A stretch of 64,000 nt of DNA, taken from positions 1 through 64,000 of the forward strand of contig JBFGJG010000006.1 in assembly GCA_041577295.1 (NCBI GenBank), written 5' to 3'. Positions within the stretch are counted from its first letter, which is position 1. Each line of letters opens with the position of its first letter. Source of the DNA: Gemmatimonadales bacterium (GTDB lineage Bacteria; Gemmatimonadota; Gemmatimonadetes; Gemmatimonadales; GWC2-71-9). The position numbers and the translations under genes were made by a program. Below, one piece after another: positions 28,092 through 39,102 of this stretch. The notes beneath the pieces were generated by a model. That model ran no database searches, was not told the DNA's origin, and worked only from the letters and a program-made list of their open reading frames with translations.

Positions 28092-31000
28092 ATGCTCGCC
28101 AACACACTGCAGTCCATCCACAACGCGCGAGAAACTGGACAGCTCTTCGCGGCCCTCGGTTATGACCGTGACGACGCACCGTTTGGGGACGACGCCTGGA
28201 TCGTAGCCCGTTGGCGCGGGTTTCGGGTCATTGCAGCGGACAGAAGCGCCGCGCCGACAGGTGTGAAAGCGCTCGCGCATGCCCTCGAGGCGGCTGGGTG
28301 GCGTGCGTTGGGGTGTGTTGTCGATCCCAACCGCGAGCTCGCCCTCGCGGCACCCCATCTCGGCCGAAGCGGCATCACGCGGGTACTCACGGTTTCGCTC
28401 GAGCGACCCACTCCCGAATCGCTCCACACCCTCGAGGACCTGCGGCCGGCACCTGAGTCGACGGGTCTGGCACACGCGTTTCGCGTGTGTGAACTGCTGA
28501 CCGCGGAGGGCGTGGGTCGGCGCTTTTTCATCTCATTTCGGATGATATTGGAGCGGATGGCCGGTTCGCTGGACGACCGAGTTCCAGCCGGCGAGCGCCG
28601 TTTGTTGGCTCTCCTGTCTCTTACGCGGGTTCTCTTCCTTTACTTCGTGCAGGCGAAGGGTTGGTTGAGTGGGCGGAATAACTATCTTCGGCTGCTTCTG
28701 GACGAGGCGCTCGCCGACAATCGTGATTTTCACACAACTACCCTCCAACCGCTCTTTTTCCGAACCCTCAACGTGCCGGCTTCAGCGCGACGCTCGGACC
28801 CGGGTCCTGGCAAGCTCCCCTACCTCAATGGCGGTCTGTTCGAGCCGCACGCAGTGGAACGAGAGTACCGCATGCCGACTTTTGGAAATGCGTTATGGCG
28901 TGATGCGTTCGACAAGCTCTTCGAGCGGTTTCGCTTCTGTGTGCGGGAGGCGCACGAGGTAAACGCCATCGCACCGGATATGTTGGGCCGCGTCTTCGAG
29001 CGGCTCATGGACCGGGACGAACGCCATGCGAGCGGGACGTTCTACACTCCGACACATGTCGTACGACAGATCGTGGCGGCGAGCATCGAAACAGCCCTGG
29101 CTGGCGCGGCGGGGCTCACGCCTTTGGCTGCGCGTCGGGTGGTCCGCTGCAAGCCACTCGCGAAGTCGGAACGGGACGCGGCACGCTCGGCTGTGCGTGG
29201 ATTGCGGATACTGGACCCGGCGGTTGGATCGGGGGCGTTCCTGCTGTCCGCCCTGACGACGCTGACCGAGATACGCGAGTTCTTAGAGAAAGAGAACTCT
29301 ACTCCGGTGCACCGCGCACGTCTTCGTCGTGAAGTGCTTCGTGAGAACCTCTTTGGCGTGGATCTCAATCCCTTCGCGGTGCGGCTCGCCGAGCTACGAC
29401 TGTGGTTGGCGGTGATCGCAGACGATCCCACCGTCGACATCGAAGCCGTCACTCCGTTGCCAAACCTCAACGGCGTTGTTCGCCAAGGGGATACGCTGCT
29501 CGACCCCATGGGCGCCGCTCGCGCTAGTCATGTTGCGTTACCCGGTGTGTTAGCCACGAGTGCTTCTCGGGCGGTGCGTACCACGCGCGAGAGACTATTC
29601 GACGCTACCGGGCCGCTGCGTGCTATCGCAATCTCCGACCTCCAGGTCGCCGAACGGAAACTCTCACGCACGCTCCTGAGTGGTGCCCTCGAAGCCACGC
29701 GCGTGGCGGTCAAGGATCTCGCGTCGCTTGCACGGAGTCGCGACCTGTTCGGCCGGCGCACAAAGCTGAGCACCTCGCAACGGACTCGACTCCGATTACT
29801 GCGACAGACATGTGCGGAACTGCAAGATGCTCTCATCGGACTCGAGCGTGGAGTCGTGCCTTTTTTCTCCTTCGATGTTCATACGCCTGACATCATGCGC
29901 GCTGGAGGGTTTTCCGCCATCATCGGAAATCCTCCTTGGGTGCGGGCCGAACGGCTCGCGCCGACGAGGCGACGGGTGCTGCGGGATCGGTTTTGTTGGT
30001 GGCGGGCCGGCCCAGGGCGAGGGTACCGTCATCTCCCGGATCTCGCAATCGCCTTTCTCGAGCGATCGCTCGAGCTGACCGCTACGGGCGGTGCGGTGGG
30101 CCTCCTCTTGCCCAGTAAAGTCCTCTCCGCCTCCTACGCCGAGACGGCACGGCAACACGTCGTGCGTGAAACCTCGGTCATGTATGCGCATCGAGTGCCA
30201 GATGTCCAGGCAGCAACGTTCGGGGCGACGACTTATCCCCTCGCGCTCGTGCTCAAGAAATCTCGGCCAACGGCCAACCACCGCGTCACGGTGGGGTTCG
30301 AGCACTCACACGCCGTGCGTCAAGCGTCCCTCGAGGGCAGCGGTCCGTGGATCTTGGTACCCGAACGAGCACGGGAGGCGTTACACGCGCTGCGCCGCGG
30401 AGGAGTGCCGTTGGGTGAGATCGCTCCACCACGACTGGGGGTGAAGACGGGAGCCAACGACATCATGGTGGGAACACGCATCTCGACAGACGGCGCCTTC
30501 GTGACCGTACAGTTTGGCACCGAAACCGCGACGATCGAGCGCAGCGTAGTCCGGCGAGCCATCCGCGGCCGGGATATTCGCAAATTCGCCGTTGTCACAC
30601 CAAACGTGTTGCTCTGGGGGTACGCAGCGGACGGGACAGTGCTGCACAGCATGCCGGCACGAGCGAGCAGATACTTCCGGAGTCACGCGGCCGCGCTCGA
30701 ACGCCGAAGCGACTACCGCAAAGGCCCGCTATGGACGCTGTTCCGCGTGCCCGGAGTCGTGGCCCCGCACCTCGTCGTTTGGTCCGACCTCGCAAAGTTC
30801 CCCCGCGCGGCCGTGCTTAGCGAAACCGATGCCGCTGACGCCGTTCCCCTCAACACTTGTTATGTAGCGGCCGCCCCGGACCGCGAGACCGCTCTCTTGA
30901 TCACCGCGGTGCTCAACTCAACCTGGGCCAGAGCCTTGGCCCTGGTCCTGGCAGACGAGGCGCGAGGTCGATATCGCAGAATCAACGCGAGGGTCACGGC

Positions 31001-31193
31001 TCAGATCCCCATCCCGCTCGAGGCACCCACTGCGAGTGTCGTCGAGCTCAGTGCCACGGCACATGCCAGATTCACATCCCAACGAGACCTCGACGAGGTC
31101 GTGGCGAATGCCCTCGGCCTCGACGAGGAAACATGCGCCACACTGCGGCGCGTGGCCTCGAATCGCGGCGAGCCAGCTTCGCAGCGTTCGTGA
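28092..31193 (+). CDS. Eco57I/type IIG-like N6-adenine DNA methyltransferase with TRD
   Basis: [49 protein letters not shown]. Confidence 0.88.
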   Translation: MLANTLQSIHNARETGQLFAALGYDRDDAPFGDDAWIVARWRGFRVIAADRSAAPTGVKALAHALEAAGWRALGCVVDPNRELALAAPHLGRSGITRVLTVSLERPTPESLHTLEDLRPAPESTGLAHAFRVCELLTAEGVGRRFFISFRMILERMAGSLDDRVPAGERRLLALLSLTRVLFLYFVQAKGWLSGRNNYLRLLLDEALADNRDFHTTTLQPLFFRTLNVPASARRSDPGPGKLPYLNGGLFEPHAVEREYRMPTFGNALWRDAFDKLFERFRFCVREAHEVNAIAPDMLGRVFERLMDRDERHASGTFYTPTHVVRQIVAASIETALAGAAGLTPLAARRVVRCKPLAKSERDAARSAVRGLRILDPAVGSGAFLLSALTTLTEIREFLEKENSTPVHRARLRREVLRENLFGVDLNPFAVRLAELRLWLAVIADDPTVDIEAVTPLPNLNGVVRQGDTLLDPMGAARASHVALPGVLATSASRAVRTTRERLFDATGPLRAIAISDLQVAERKLSRTLLSGALEATRVAVKDLASLARSRDLFGRRTKLSTSQRTRLRLLRQTCAELQDALIGLERGVVPFFSFDVHTPDIMRAGGFSAIIGNPPWVRAERLAPTRRRVLRDRFCWWRAGPGRGYRHLPDLAIAFLERSLELTATGGAVGLLLPSKVLSASYAETARQHVVRETSVMYAHRVPDVQAATFGATTYPLALVLKKSRPTANHRVTVGFEHSHAVRQASLEGSGPWILVPERAREALHALRRGGVPLGEIAPPRLGVKTGANDIMVGTRISTDGAFVTVQFGTETATIERSVVRRAIRGRDIRKFAVVTPNVLLWGYAADGTVLHSMPARASRYFRSHAAALERRSDYRKGPLWTLFRVPGVVAPHLVVWSDLAKFPRAAVLSETDAADAVPLNTCYVAAAPDRETALLITAVLNSTWARALALVLADEARGRYRRINARVTAQIPIPLEAPTASVVELSATAHARFTSQRDLDEVVANALGLDEETCATLRRVASNRGEPASQRS

Positions 31194-33432
31194 GCCGCTC
31201 CGGTGGCTCGTTCACCCGGGGCCACGTGTCGACCACGACCGGGCGCTAGAGGTTCTGCGTGCGGCGGCACGGGGGCCTTATCTCCAAGACTGGAATCCAC
31301 CATCCTGGCTCTTGCCGCATCAAGTGACTGCTGCTCGACGAATTGCGGCGAGCCTCGCAGTGTTTCGCGGCGCGTTGCTGGCGGATGCGGTGGGACTCGG
31401 CAAGACGTTCGTGGCACTGGCGGTGGCGGGACATTATGACCAAGTGACAGCGGTCGTGCCTTCGTCGATCGTGACACAGTGGCATCGGGCGTCGGCCTCG
31501 GTGAATGTCAGGATCGAGGTGGTCTCAACAGAGGCGCTGAGCCGTGGGACCACTGTGCCCCCCGCGGAGCTGCTCGTAGTCGACGAGGCGCACCGCTTTC
31601 GAAATCCGCACACTCGTCGCTACGACACACTCGCACGAGGAATCGGTGGGGCGGATGTTCTTTTGATTACCGCCACACCGATCGTCAATCACAGCGCCGA
31701 TCTCGTCCATCTGCTTCGGCTCTTCCTGGCCGACAACACCCTCGCATTCCTCGGCGTCAATTCATTGGAGCAAGCTGCCGTCGAGAATCGTCACGCAGAG
31801 CTCGTCCATGCCATCGCACCATTGTTCGTCGCTCGATCCGTAGACTCCGTCCCGAGTCTGCGTCACCAGATCCCCCGAACAACTGATGGCGCGGTTCTCC
31901 GGCCCCCACCTGTTCCCACAATCATCCTCGAGCGTCTCGTTCAACTGATCGATCGCCTCGAGTTTGCGAGCGTGGCAGGCGAGGGCACCTCGACTCTCTT
32001 ACGCCATCACCTACTGCACCGCCTCGCGTCCTCTGCACCGGCGCTCGTACAGACCGCTCGGAGGCATCTTCAGTACGTGGACCGCGCCATCGCTGCGTGC
32101 GCCCGCGGCGAACACTACTCCCGACCCGACCTGGCGCGGCTCGTTACCACGCACGACGAGCTCCAGTTGGACCTTACCGACCTGCTCTCGACGTCCAGCG
32201 ATACTCCACTGCAGACGAGGAATCTCGAATGTGAGCGTCGCATCCTCGTCGCCATCATCGACGCTATTGCGAGCGTCGATCGACCATCGTCACCTAAAGC
32301 CGCGCGGCTTCGACAGCTTCTGGCGGGCCGTTCCAGCAAGACCGTCGTCTTCGTAACCGCACTTGCCACCGCCTTTGAGGTTGCCGCCGAGCTGGGCTGG
32401 CGCGAGCTCGCCGTTGTGGGAAACGGGACTGCATGGATTGCATCGGGTCACATTCCGGTGCAGGAAGCCCTCTCGCTTTTCGCTCCCGATGCGCGACGGG
32501 CACCACCGCCGTCACGCGCTCTCAAGACCCGCTATCTCATTGCGACCGACTTCGCCAGTGAGGGACTCAACCTGCAGGATGCAAACGGAGTCGTGCATTA
32601 CGACTTGCCATGGACACCTCTGCGTCTCGCGCAACGGCATGGCCGGGTGGCGCGTCTCGGTTCTCGACATCACGAGGTCGCGGTCTGGTGGTTTGCACCA
32701 CCCCGAGTGCTCGCGCGCGCCATGCGGATCGAGACTAGGCTCGCCACGAAGGTGACTACACAGCTCGGCCTGGGGGTTGCGTGCACCAGCCGGGTTGGAC
32801 ACGCGCACGTCACGAACCAGATGCTCTCTTGGAGTGATCGAGCCGCCGGGGAAGACAGCACCGCGGTTGGTGTGGTCGGGCACTCGGTGGTCAAGGGCCC
32901 ACAGTTCGCGGGCTTTGCGGTTCGATGGCAAATCGGAAGCGCAACGGTCCCTGAGCTGATCGTGGTCGCTGGCGAGACCTACCGTCAGGTGAGCGACCCT
33001 GCGGTGATCAGAACAGCCTTCGACGCATTCGCCCGAGGGTCCAAGCTGCACCTCGAGCCACCATGCGAGGCGGAGCGAGCACTGACGACCATCCTCCGCG
33101 GGCGTCTCGCGTCCGCGCAGCGAGGCCCCGTCAACCCGGTCGCGCGCATGCTCGTGCGCAACGTGTTACGGAGGGCACGCGCCGCCGCAACGATGCGGTC
33201 GCGTGATGAACTCGAGCTCCTCGACTCAGTACTCGACCGCTTGGGCTACGGGGTACCTGTGGGAGCAGAGCGCGAGCTCGCGACCGCGTTGGAAAGTGGT
33301 AGCCTTGAGCGTCTGAAACGCTGGATGGCAAAGGTCCGCAATTCTAAACCGGCTGAGCCACAATTTCACCTGGCCGCAGCCGTGTTTTGTTGCGCAGGGG
33401 GGGAGAATGAGATTGATGGCGGCAACCGCTAA
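31108..33432 (+). CDS. SNF2-like SF2 helicase/ATPase
   Basis: [38 protein letters not shown]; overlaps the MTase 3' end; start uncertain. Confidence 0.88.
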   Translation: MPSASTRKHAPHCGAWPRIAASQLRSVREPLRWLVHPGPRVDHDRALEVLRAAARGPYLQDWNPPSWLLPHQVTAARRIAASLAVFRGALLADAVGLGKTFVALAVAGHYDQVTAVVPSSIVTQWHRASASVNVRIEVVSTEALSRGTTVPPAELLVVDEAHRFRNPHTRRYDTLARGIGGADVLLITATPIVNHSADLVHLLRLFLADNTLAFLGVNSLEQAAVENRHAELVHAIAPLFVARSVDSVPSLRHQIPRTTDGAVLRPPPVPTIILERLVQLIDRLEFASVAGEGTSTLLRHHLLHRLASSAPALVQTARRHLQYVDRAIAACARGEHYSRPDLARLVTTHDELQLDLTDLLSTSSDTPLQTRNLECERRILVAIIDAIASVDRPSSPKAARLRQLLAGRSSKTVVFVTALATAFEVAAELGWRELAVVGNGTAWIASGHIPVQEALSLFAPDARRAPPPSRALKTRYLIATDFASEGLNLQDANGVVHYDLPWTPLRLAQRHGRVARLGSRHHEVAVWWFAPPRVLARAMRIETRLATKVTTQLGLGVACTSRVGHAHVTNQMLSWSDRAAGEDSTAVGVVGHSVVKGPQFAGFAVRWQIGSATVPELIVVAGETYRQVSDPAVIRTAFDAFARGSKLHLEPPCEAERALTTILRGRLASAQRGPVNPVARMLVRNVLRRARAAATMRSRDELELLDSVLDRLGYGVPVGAERELATALESGSLERLKRWMAKVRNSKPAEPQFHLAAAVFCCAGGENEIDGGNR

Positions 33433-34118
33433 GTCGTGCGGCTTGGTGTGAGCTCCTTCTCGTCATAGTAATCCAGCTTGTGCAACGGCATGACCACGCT
33501 CGACAGGACGTTCAAGATGTGCCCGCCAATGCGCTTGTAGTAGCGCGTTCCGAGAACCGCGGCGGTCGTAAACCTCGCATCGTGCTGACTCTCCGCGAGT
33601 GTCTTGAGCAATGCCTCACACCGATGGGCAAGATCTTTCCCGTCGCGAATCAACGTGATTGCCCGTTCGCGGTCTGAGGTGGCGAAGATCTCCGCCGTGG
33701 CGGCAAAGGCGGCTTCGACTCTCTCGCGAATCGATCGCAGCTCCTGGATTATTGGATTATCCGGTGGTGGTGTGGGGCGCAACTCTACGATGTCGGCAAG
33801 GTTCTTCGCGTAATCGCCGAGGCGCTCGACGTCCTTGACCAGACTCATTAACACGAGACAGTAAGGCAGGTCGGCAGTGTTGCCTTTGATAGAGAGGTGC
33901 GCGATCACTTGCTTACGTATCGTGCGTTGCAGCTTGTTGACTTGCACGTCCTGCTTGTAGATCTGGGTTCGCTCCTCTGGAGTGAAGGCCTTCCCGAAGT
34001 AGATTTCGCCTGCACGCACGGTCAATTCGTACGTGAGACGCAACATTTCGGCAAAGTTCTCCGCCATAGCGCTGAGCGGATTGCCTTCTCGAAAGATACT
34101 GAGCAGCTCGCGAAGCAT
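33429..34118 (-). CDS. PhoU domain protein
   Basis: [39 protein letters not shown]; downstream of a Na/Pi symporter. Confidence 0.85.
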   Translation of the reverse strand: MLRELLSIFREGNPLSAMAENFAEMLRLTYELTVRAGEIYFGKAFTPEERTQIYKQDVQVNKLQRTIRKQVIAHLSIKGNTADLPYCLVLMSLVKDVERLGDYAKNLADIVELRPTPPPDNPIIQELRSIRERVEAAFAATAEIFATSDRERAITLIRDGKDLAHRCEALLKTLAESQHDARFTTAAVLGTRYYKRIGGHILNVLSSVVMPLHKLDYYDEKELTPSRTT

Positions 34119-34129
34119 GATTCCGGCTC

Positions 34130-35299
34130 CTACTTGAGCACTCGATTGAGAATGGCGAACACGGCCGGGAGCCCGTAGAAGAGCGTCAAGACGTAAACGA
34201 GTGCCCAACGGCGGGAGCGCACAGCGATATTCGCTAGCCACAGAGCGGCCGCAAGGGGAATCTCGCGGATCCGCTGAACTGGGTAAATCAACAAGGTTCC
34301 ACTGATATTGAACAGGAGGTGCACCAAGGCAATCGTAATCCCTGCTGCGGCGTTTTCACCGGTTGCAGCGAGTGCCGCAAGGAGGGCTGTCACTGTGGTG
34401 CCGATGTTGGCACCGATGGTGATGGGGAAGGCCTGATGCAGCGTGATAACACCTGCTCCCGCCAGGGGCACGAGCAGGGACGTCGTGATGGAACTCGACT
34501 GCACCATCACGGTCACGACGACACCGACGAGCATCCCGAGCAGTGCGGTGCGCTCGAGCGCTCGCGAGACAATGACTTCTACCCGGCCGAGCATGGCCGA
34601 TCGCATGACCCGCACCAGCATCATTAGGCAGCTGAAGATCAACAGCGCACTGCACGCGATGAGAAAGATCGCGCGGAGCCGCTCGGACTCAACGAGAAAG
34701 CCAATTCCCCCCTTGATGGGCGCAAGACCAACCTTCAGGAGTCCTTTGATCGGACTGTCGTAGTCAACACCACCGAGCCCAGTCAGGAATCCAGTCAGCG
34801 TGGTCGCCGCAGTTCGGAGGTAGCCCGTGGCCATCTCGAGCGGAAGCAATACCAAGACCGAGAGGAAGTTGAAGAAGTCATGACACGTCGCAACAGAGAA
34901 GGCCCGCCGGAACTCGTCCTTCCGGGCCATGTGAGCCAGTGAGACGATCGTGTTGGTCACGGTCGTGCCGATGTTGGCCCCCATGATCATGGGCACGGCG
35001 TTGGCAACGGGAAGCGGGTTTTCCGGAGCAGCTACCAGAGCGACTACCAACGAGGTCGTGACCGATGAGCTTTGCACCAGGGTGGTGGCCAACACGCCGA
35101 CCATGAGGCTGATAAAGGGGTTTTGTGTTGCCTCGAAAAACGACTCGAGAGCGGCCCGGCCGAGCGCCTTGAAACCATCGCCCAAGCCGTTCACTCCGAT
35201 GAGAAAGAGATACAGCAGCAGGAGAACGGCCACCGTCTTGGCAAGAGGATGCGCCGCCAAAACAGCGAGGCGGTGGCTGGGACCGGGAATGGACGTCAA
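34130..35299 (-). CDS. Na+/phosphate cotransporter (NptA/SLC34 family)
   Basis: Two QSSS and two GANIGTT repeats. Confidence 0.9.
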   Translation of the reverse strand: MTSIPGPSHRLAVLAAHPLAKTVAVLLLLYLFLIGVNGLGDGFKALGRAALESFFEATQNPFISLMVGVLATTLVQSSSVTTSLVVALVAAPENPLPVANAVPMIMGANIGTTVTNTIVSLAHMARKDEFRRAFSVATCHDFFNFLSVLVLLPLEMATGYLRTAATTLTGFLTGLGGVDYDSPIKGLLKVGLAPIKGGIGFLVESERLRAIFLIACSALLIFSCLMMLVRVMRSAMLGRVEVIVSRALERTALLGMLVGVVVTVMVQSSSITTSLLVPLAGAGVITLHQAFPITIGANIGTTVTALLAALAATGENAAAGITIALVHLLFNISGTLLIYPVQRIREIPLAAALWLANIAVRSRRWALVYVLTLFYGLPAVFAILNRVLK

Positions 35300-35418
35300 G
35301 AGTGCGGGTCGTTGCGAGACACCAGCTTCACGTGGCCTCTTATTCCTGGGAAGTTATGCCGCCGGCGCCAATTGTGTCCCGCAATCGCCGCATGGGCAAG
35401 TGCCGGCGAGTGGAGTTC

Positions 35419-35449
35419 TTGCGTACTACGCATTTCGGTTTATATTCGG
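35419..35449 (+). promoter_or_regulatory. sigma70-like promoter (TTGCGT-N16-TATATT) overlapped by direct repeat TTCGG-tttata-TTCGG
   Basis: Repeat at 35434-35449; ATG at 35453 falls at the expected +1, suggesting a leaderless transcript. Confidence 0.65.
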
Positions 35450-35452
35450 GTC

Positions 35453-35638
35453 ATGGTACCCGGTAATAACCCGAAACTCAGGCCCACCGTACTGTGTACT
35501 CGGGACGTTTCTGGTGCTCGGCGCTGGGGAGGAGCGGACCCCCAACCTCCCTCACCATGTCCCGAATGTGGTGGTGTCGTCCAGCCGGCGTCAGGGTGTT
35601 TCCACTGCGCTCACTGCGGCTGGAGCTTCTGTAGCTGA
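35453..35638 (+). CDS. 61-aa zinc-ribbon microprotein
   Basis: CPECGG..SGCFHCAHCGWSFCS; stop is 3 nt before the radical SAM ATG. Confidence 0.6.
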   Translation: MVPGNNPKLRPTVLCTRDVSGARRWGGADPQPPSPCPECGGVVQPASGCFHCAHCGWSFCS

Positions 35639-35641
35639 CGG

Positions 35642-36679
35642 ATGACGAGCGGTCAGCCCGAGTTTTTTGCACCTCCGCCGCAGCGACGACGGCGAACACT
35701 CACCATTCTCGACGCGCGAAGGAGAGGTGCGTCCTTTGTCGAGCACTCGGCGCGAACGGTCATTAACTCACCCGAGTCGACCGGGATGGGATTCTGGTCG
35801 ATCAACCCGTACGTTGGGTGCGAGTACGGGTGCTCCTATTGTTATGCACGCTACGCGCACGATTACGTCACGAGCCGAGTGGGTGACGAAGGGCATGCGC
35901 GAGCGCTCAAAGAACCGTTTGAGCAACGTATCTTCGTGAAACGCACAGCCGATGTTGCGGCGGCGCTGGATCGCGATCTCGCAAAGGTCCGTGCACGGAG
36001 TAGACGTAGTCCTCAGAACGTCGTCATCGGAACCGCCACCGACCCTTACCAGCCAGCCGAGCGGACGTATCTCCTGACGCGTACCGTCCTTCAGCGACTG
36101 GGGCGGGAGCGCGGATTTCACATAGGTGTTATCACAAAGAGTCCACTGGTGCGGCGCGATCTCGATGTTTTGGTGCAGTTGCTCGAGAGGCACCGAGTAA
36201 GCGTGTATATCTCGCTCATCAGCGTGGACGTTTCGCTGATTCGCCGCTTCGAGGCACGAAGCCCGATGCCCCGTGTGAGACTGAAGGCCCTTCAGCGGCT
36301 TTCCGCGGCGGGCGTACGGGCCGGACTGATCGTCGCACCCGTTTTGCCCGGCATCACTGACACCGCTGAGCAGATCGCGGCACTCATGGCTGCGGCACAG
36401 AAAGCCGGAGCGCGCTTCGTCTATCCCAGCGTCTTGAGGATGTATCCGGAGACATGGGAACGGCTGCTGCCGCTAATCGAGGGGTTCTCGCCAACCCTTG
36501 CCCAGCGCTACCGGGTTGCGTATGCACGGCGACGAGATGCTCCACGAGAATACGGGATGGCGTTGCGGGAGCGATTCCGCCGGATCGCAAATAGGTTTGG
36601 TATCCCCGAGACCGATGGTGATGCCGAACAACCACGCTTCGAATCGGAGAGGCAGATCGACCAGCTCAGCCTGTTTTGA
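35642..36679 (+). CDS. spore-photoproduct-lyase-like (Rv2578c-type) radical SAM protein
   Basis: INPYVGCEYGCSYCYA, GTATDPYQPAE, ITKS, APVLPGITD; C-terminal QLSLF clamp motif. Confidence 0.88.
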   Translation: MTSGQPEFFAPPPQRRRRTLTILDARRRGASFVEHSARTVINSPESTGMGFWSINPYVGCEYGCSYCYARYAHDYVTSRVGDEGHARALKEPFEQRIFVKRTADVAAALDRDLAKVRARSRRSPQNVVIGTATDPYQPAERTYLLTRTVLQRLGRERGFHIGVITKSPLVRRDLDVLVQLLERHRVSVYISLISVDVSLIRRFEARSPMPRVRLKALQRLSAAGVRAGLIVAPVLPGITDTAEQIAALMAAAQKAGARFVYPSVLRMYPETWERLLPLIEGFSPTLAQRYRVAYARRRDAPREYGMALRERFRRIANRFGIPETDGDAEQPRFESERQIDQLSLF

Positions 36680-36707
36680 TCCCTTCTATCCCCACTATCC
36701 CTTCTAT

Positions 36708-37601
36708 TCAAAGATTGAGCTCCATTTCACCGTGCGCCCCGACCCCCTTGATCCCGAGCGGCGCGAGCACGTCGGCATACGTATGCGCCAAGGCCGGTGG
36801 AACCTCTACCTGCTCACCACTAGAGAGGCGTTTGAGCATGGACGCGTTTGCCGGCGCCTGGCCGCGAAAATGGTTGTTCGTGATGACGTAGGTTTCACGG
36901 GCGCGTTCGGCCACCTGGTGGATGAGATCCAACCATGCGCGTAACTCGTCCACAGTATAGAGGTAATCATAGCGCTCATGAGCCTCTGCATTGTCACGGA
37001 ACCAGTTCTCGTAGTTGCGGCCATGCAATCGCACGTATCCTACCGCTGAGGTGACGCGTGCACCGGGTTTGATGGAGTGCCGGAAGATCGGTTGATCGAC
37101 GTTCACCGCCCCGACGTTCTGCTCGGTGAGCCAACTGTAGAATTCGGGCACATTCCACGAGCTGTGACGGACCTCGACGGTGACGGGAAACTCGGCAAAG
37201 GCATTCAGTACATCTCCCAACCACTCTTCCGACTCCGGTGAGCGTTTGAAGGACCATGGGAACTGAGCCAGAATGCATCCGAGCCGGTTATGGTCGGCGA
37301 GCGGTGTCATGCTTGCTTTCACCAGGTCGACTTCCGCAGGTTGCCAGGCCGTGTCGCGTTCGTGGGTAAATCGCTTCCACAACTTGGCGGTGAATTTGAA
37401 GGCGTCGTTGTGGCTGACCCGGCGTGCCCAGCCCTCAGAGGCCTTGGACGTTGCTGGACGGTAAAAGGTGGAGTTGATCTCGATGGTGTCGTAGTACGTA
37501 GAGAGGAATGCCAAGGGATCGAAGCCGCGTGGTTTGGTGATGGGATACACCGGACCGTACCAGTCCTCGTAGCTCCAGCCCGCAACGCCGAAACGAATCA
37601 T
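36708..37601 (-). CDS. DUF72 domain protein
   Basis: GVAGWSY.DW, TIEINSTFY, QFP.SF, VEVRH.SW, YVRLHGRN, YDYLY, NNH. Confidence 0.9.
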   Translation of the reverse strand: MIRFGVAGWSYEDWYGPVYPITKPRGFDPLAFLSTYYDTIEINSTFYRPATSKASEGWARRVSHNDAFKFTAKLWKRFTHERDTAWQPAEVDLVKASMTPLADHNRLGCILAQFPWSFKRSPESEEWLGDVLNAFAEFPVTVEVRHSSWNVPEFYSWLTEQNVGAVNVDQPIFRHSIKPGARVTSAVGYVRLHGRNYENWFRDNAEAHERYDYLYTVDELRAWLDLIHQVAERARETYVITNNHFRGQAPANASMLKRLSSGEQVEVPPALAHTYADVLAPLGIKGVGAHGEMELNL

Positions 37602-37702
37602 ACGTGCACGTTAGCAGCTTTTTTTGTCCGCGATACGCAATCCGGCAATTAGACCAGATAGCCTATTGATTAACAATATGTTACACCATCTCGATCGGGT
37701 GG

Positions 37703-37759
37703 TTGCGGCATAGCACACTTCGGGATATATTCGGTAATTAATATACGGTTTTTCTTCGG
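37703..37759 (+). promoter_or_regulatory. sigma70-like promoter (TTGCGG-N17-TATATT) with two direct-repeat boxes
   Basis: TTCGG-gatata-TTCGG at 37719-37734 over the -10 and TACGG-tttttc-TTCGG at 37744-37759, upstream of imuB. Confidence 0.7.
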
Positions 37760-37770
37760 TTTACGGAGCC

Positions 37771-39102
37771 ATGGTCCCGCGCACGAACCTCAGCCTCAAC
37801 CATGATATCGTGAGCGAGCTCGCTGCTTGCGTTTGGATTCCTCTCTTCGCACTCCGGGCTGAGGAGTTGCGACGACCTGAGCTCTCCAATCGGCCAGCTG
37901 CGTTGCTGGCACCAGATGATGCTCGCCGTCTGTGGCATGTGTCGCCGGTTGCGCGGCGTTATGGCGTCAAAGCCGGCATAACGGTGAGCCAGGCGATTGG
38001 ACTATGCCCCTCGCTCACACTTTGCGAACCCGACCCCGTCTATTACGACGAGCAGTTTGCTCGTCTGTTACTGGCGTTGAGCAATGTGAGCCCGGTCGTG
38101 GAGCCTGTAGAGCTGGGCAAGGTGTACGTGGGCGTTGACGGATTCGATCGGCTCTATGGAAACGCAGAGCAACAACTCAAGGCAATACGTGACGCTATCG
38201 CGGGGAGACGCCTCGGTCCTCCGAATCGGCGGCGGTGGCAACGCAGATTCGTCAATACACGGACCCGTGGTAAGACGGGGCCTGGGTGGGCCTCCTGGGC
38301 TCGTTTGGGTTGGGCACGAGGGAAGTTCGCCGCCTGGGTAGCTGCAGCGAAAGCCAAATCAGGGGAATGGACCATCGTTTCGGATTCGACACGATCCACT
38401 TTTCTCGCAACGCAGTCGGTAGCTGCACTCCCCATCCAATCGGATACACACCATCGTCTTTGGCAATTGGGTATCAAGACGCTCGCAGATGTGGCGCGGC
38501 TACCGGAGACCGCTATGGTGGCCCAATTCGGCAGTGAGGGCCGTCGTGCATGGCGTTTGGCAGCGGGCATTGCAGACGACCCCGTCGTGGGACGGCCGCG
38601 TCCCGAACCCATTGTGGCCGCTCTCGACTACCTGACACCCGTGGCAGACCGGGGCATGTTGGCGCACGCACTTGGCATTCTCATCGATCGTGCTCTCAAG
38701 CATCCGCGGCGGGTTGGTTGGCGGGTTCACAAAGTCCAGACGCGCGCGATGCTCGAGGGTGGCGCGTCTTGGATGATCGAGGCCACGCTCAAAGATCCTT
38801 CCGCAGATCGAGAACACATTACCGCGCCGTTGCGCGTGCATTTGGAGCGATCGCCCCCCATTGGAGCGGTTGAGCATCTCTCCGTGGAGTTCGTCGAGTT
38901 CGCACCCGGAACGGCAGAGCTCCAGCTATTTGCTCGTGATGCACAAAGCAGTGCCAGAGCAAAACGGCAACATGCACTTCGGAACGCTGTAAGGGAAATC
39001 AGGACCCGACTGAAACGATCCGCGCTCTATCATGTCATCGAGGTACATCCATGGTCGCGACTTCCCGAGCGTCGTTACGCGTTGATCGACTTCGAGCCCT
39101 GA
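37771..39102 (+). CDS. imuB: ImuB, inactive Y-family polymerase
   Basis: A.RYGVKAGITVSQAIGLCP, SPVVEP, LGIKTLADVARLP, FG.EG, clamp motif ELQLF; lacks the catalytic carboxylates; upstream of dnaE2. Confidence 0.85.
   Translation: MVPRTNLSLNHDIVSELAACVWIPLFALRAEELRRPELSNRPAALLAPDDARRLWHVSPVARRYGVKAGITVSQAIGLCPSLTLCEPDPVYYDEQFARLLLALSNVSPVVEPVELGKVYVGVDGFDRLYGNAEQQLKAIRDAIAGRRLGPPNRRRWQRRFVNTRTRGKTGPGWASWARLGWARGKFAAWVAAAKAKSGEWTIVSDSTRSTFLATQSVAALPIQSDTHHRLWQLGIKTLADVARLPETAMVAQFGSEGRRAWRLAAGIADDPVVGRPRPEPIVAALDYLTPVADRGMLAHALGILIDRALKHPRRVGWRVHKVQTRAMLEGGASWMIEATLKDPSADREHITAPLRVHLERSPPIGAVEHLSVEFVEFAPGTAELQLFARDAQSSARAKRQHALRNAVREIRTRLKRSALYHVIEVHPWSRLPERRYALIDFEP

Noticed and set aside
28092..33432. 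Calling the MTase-helicase pair DISARM or BREX
   Set aside because: Core drmA/B/C or brxC/pglZ genes are absent from the window
36678..36708. Short duplicated ATCCCTTCTAT between convergent genes
   Set aside because: Only two copies; not a CRISPR or tandem array
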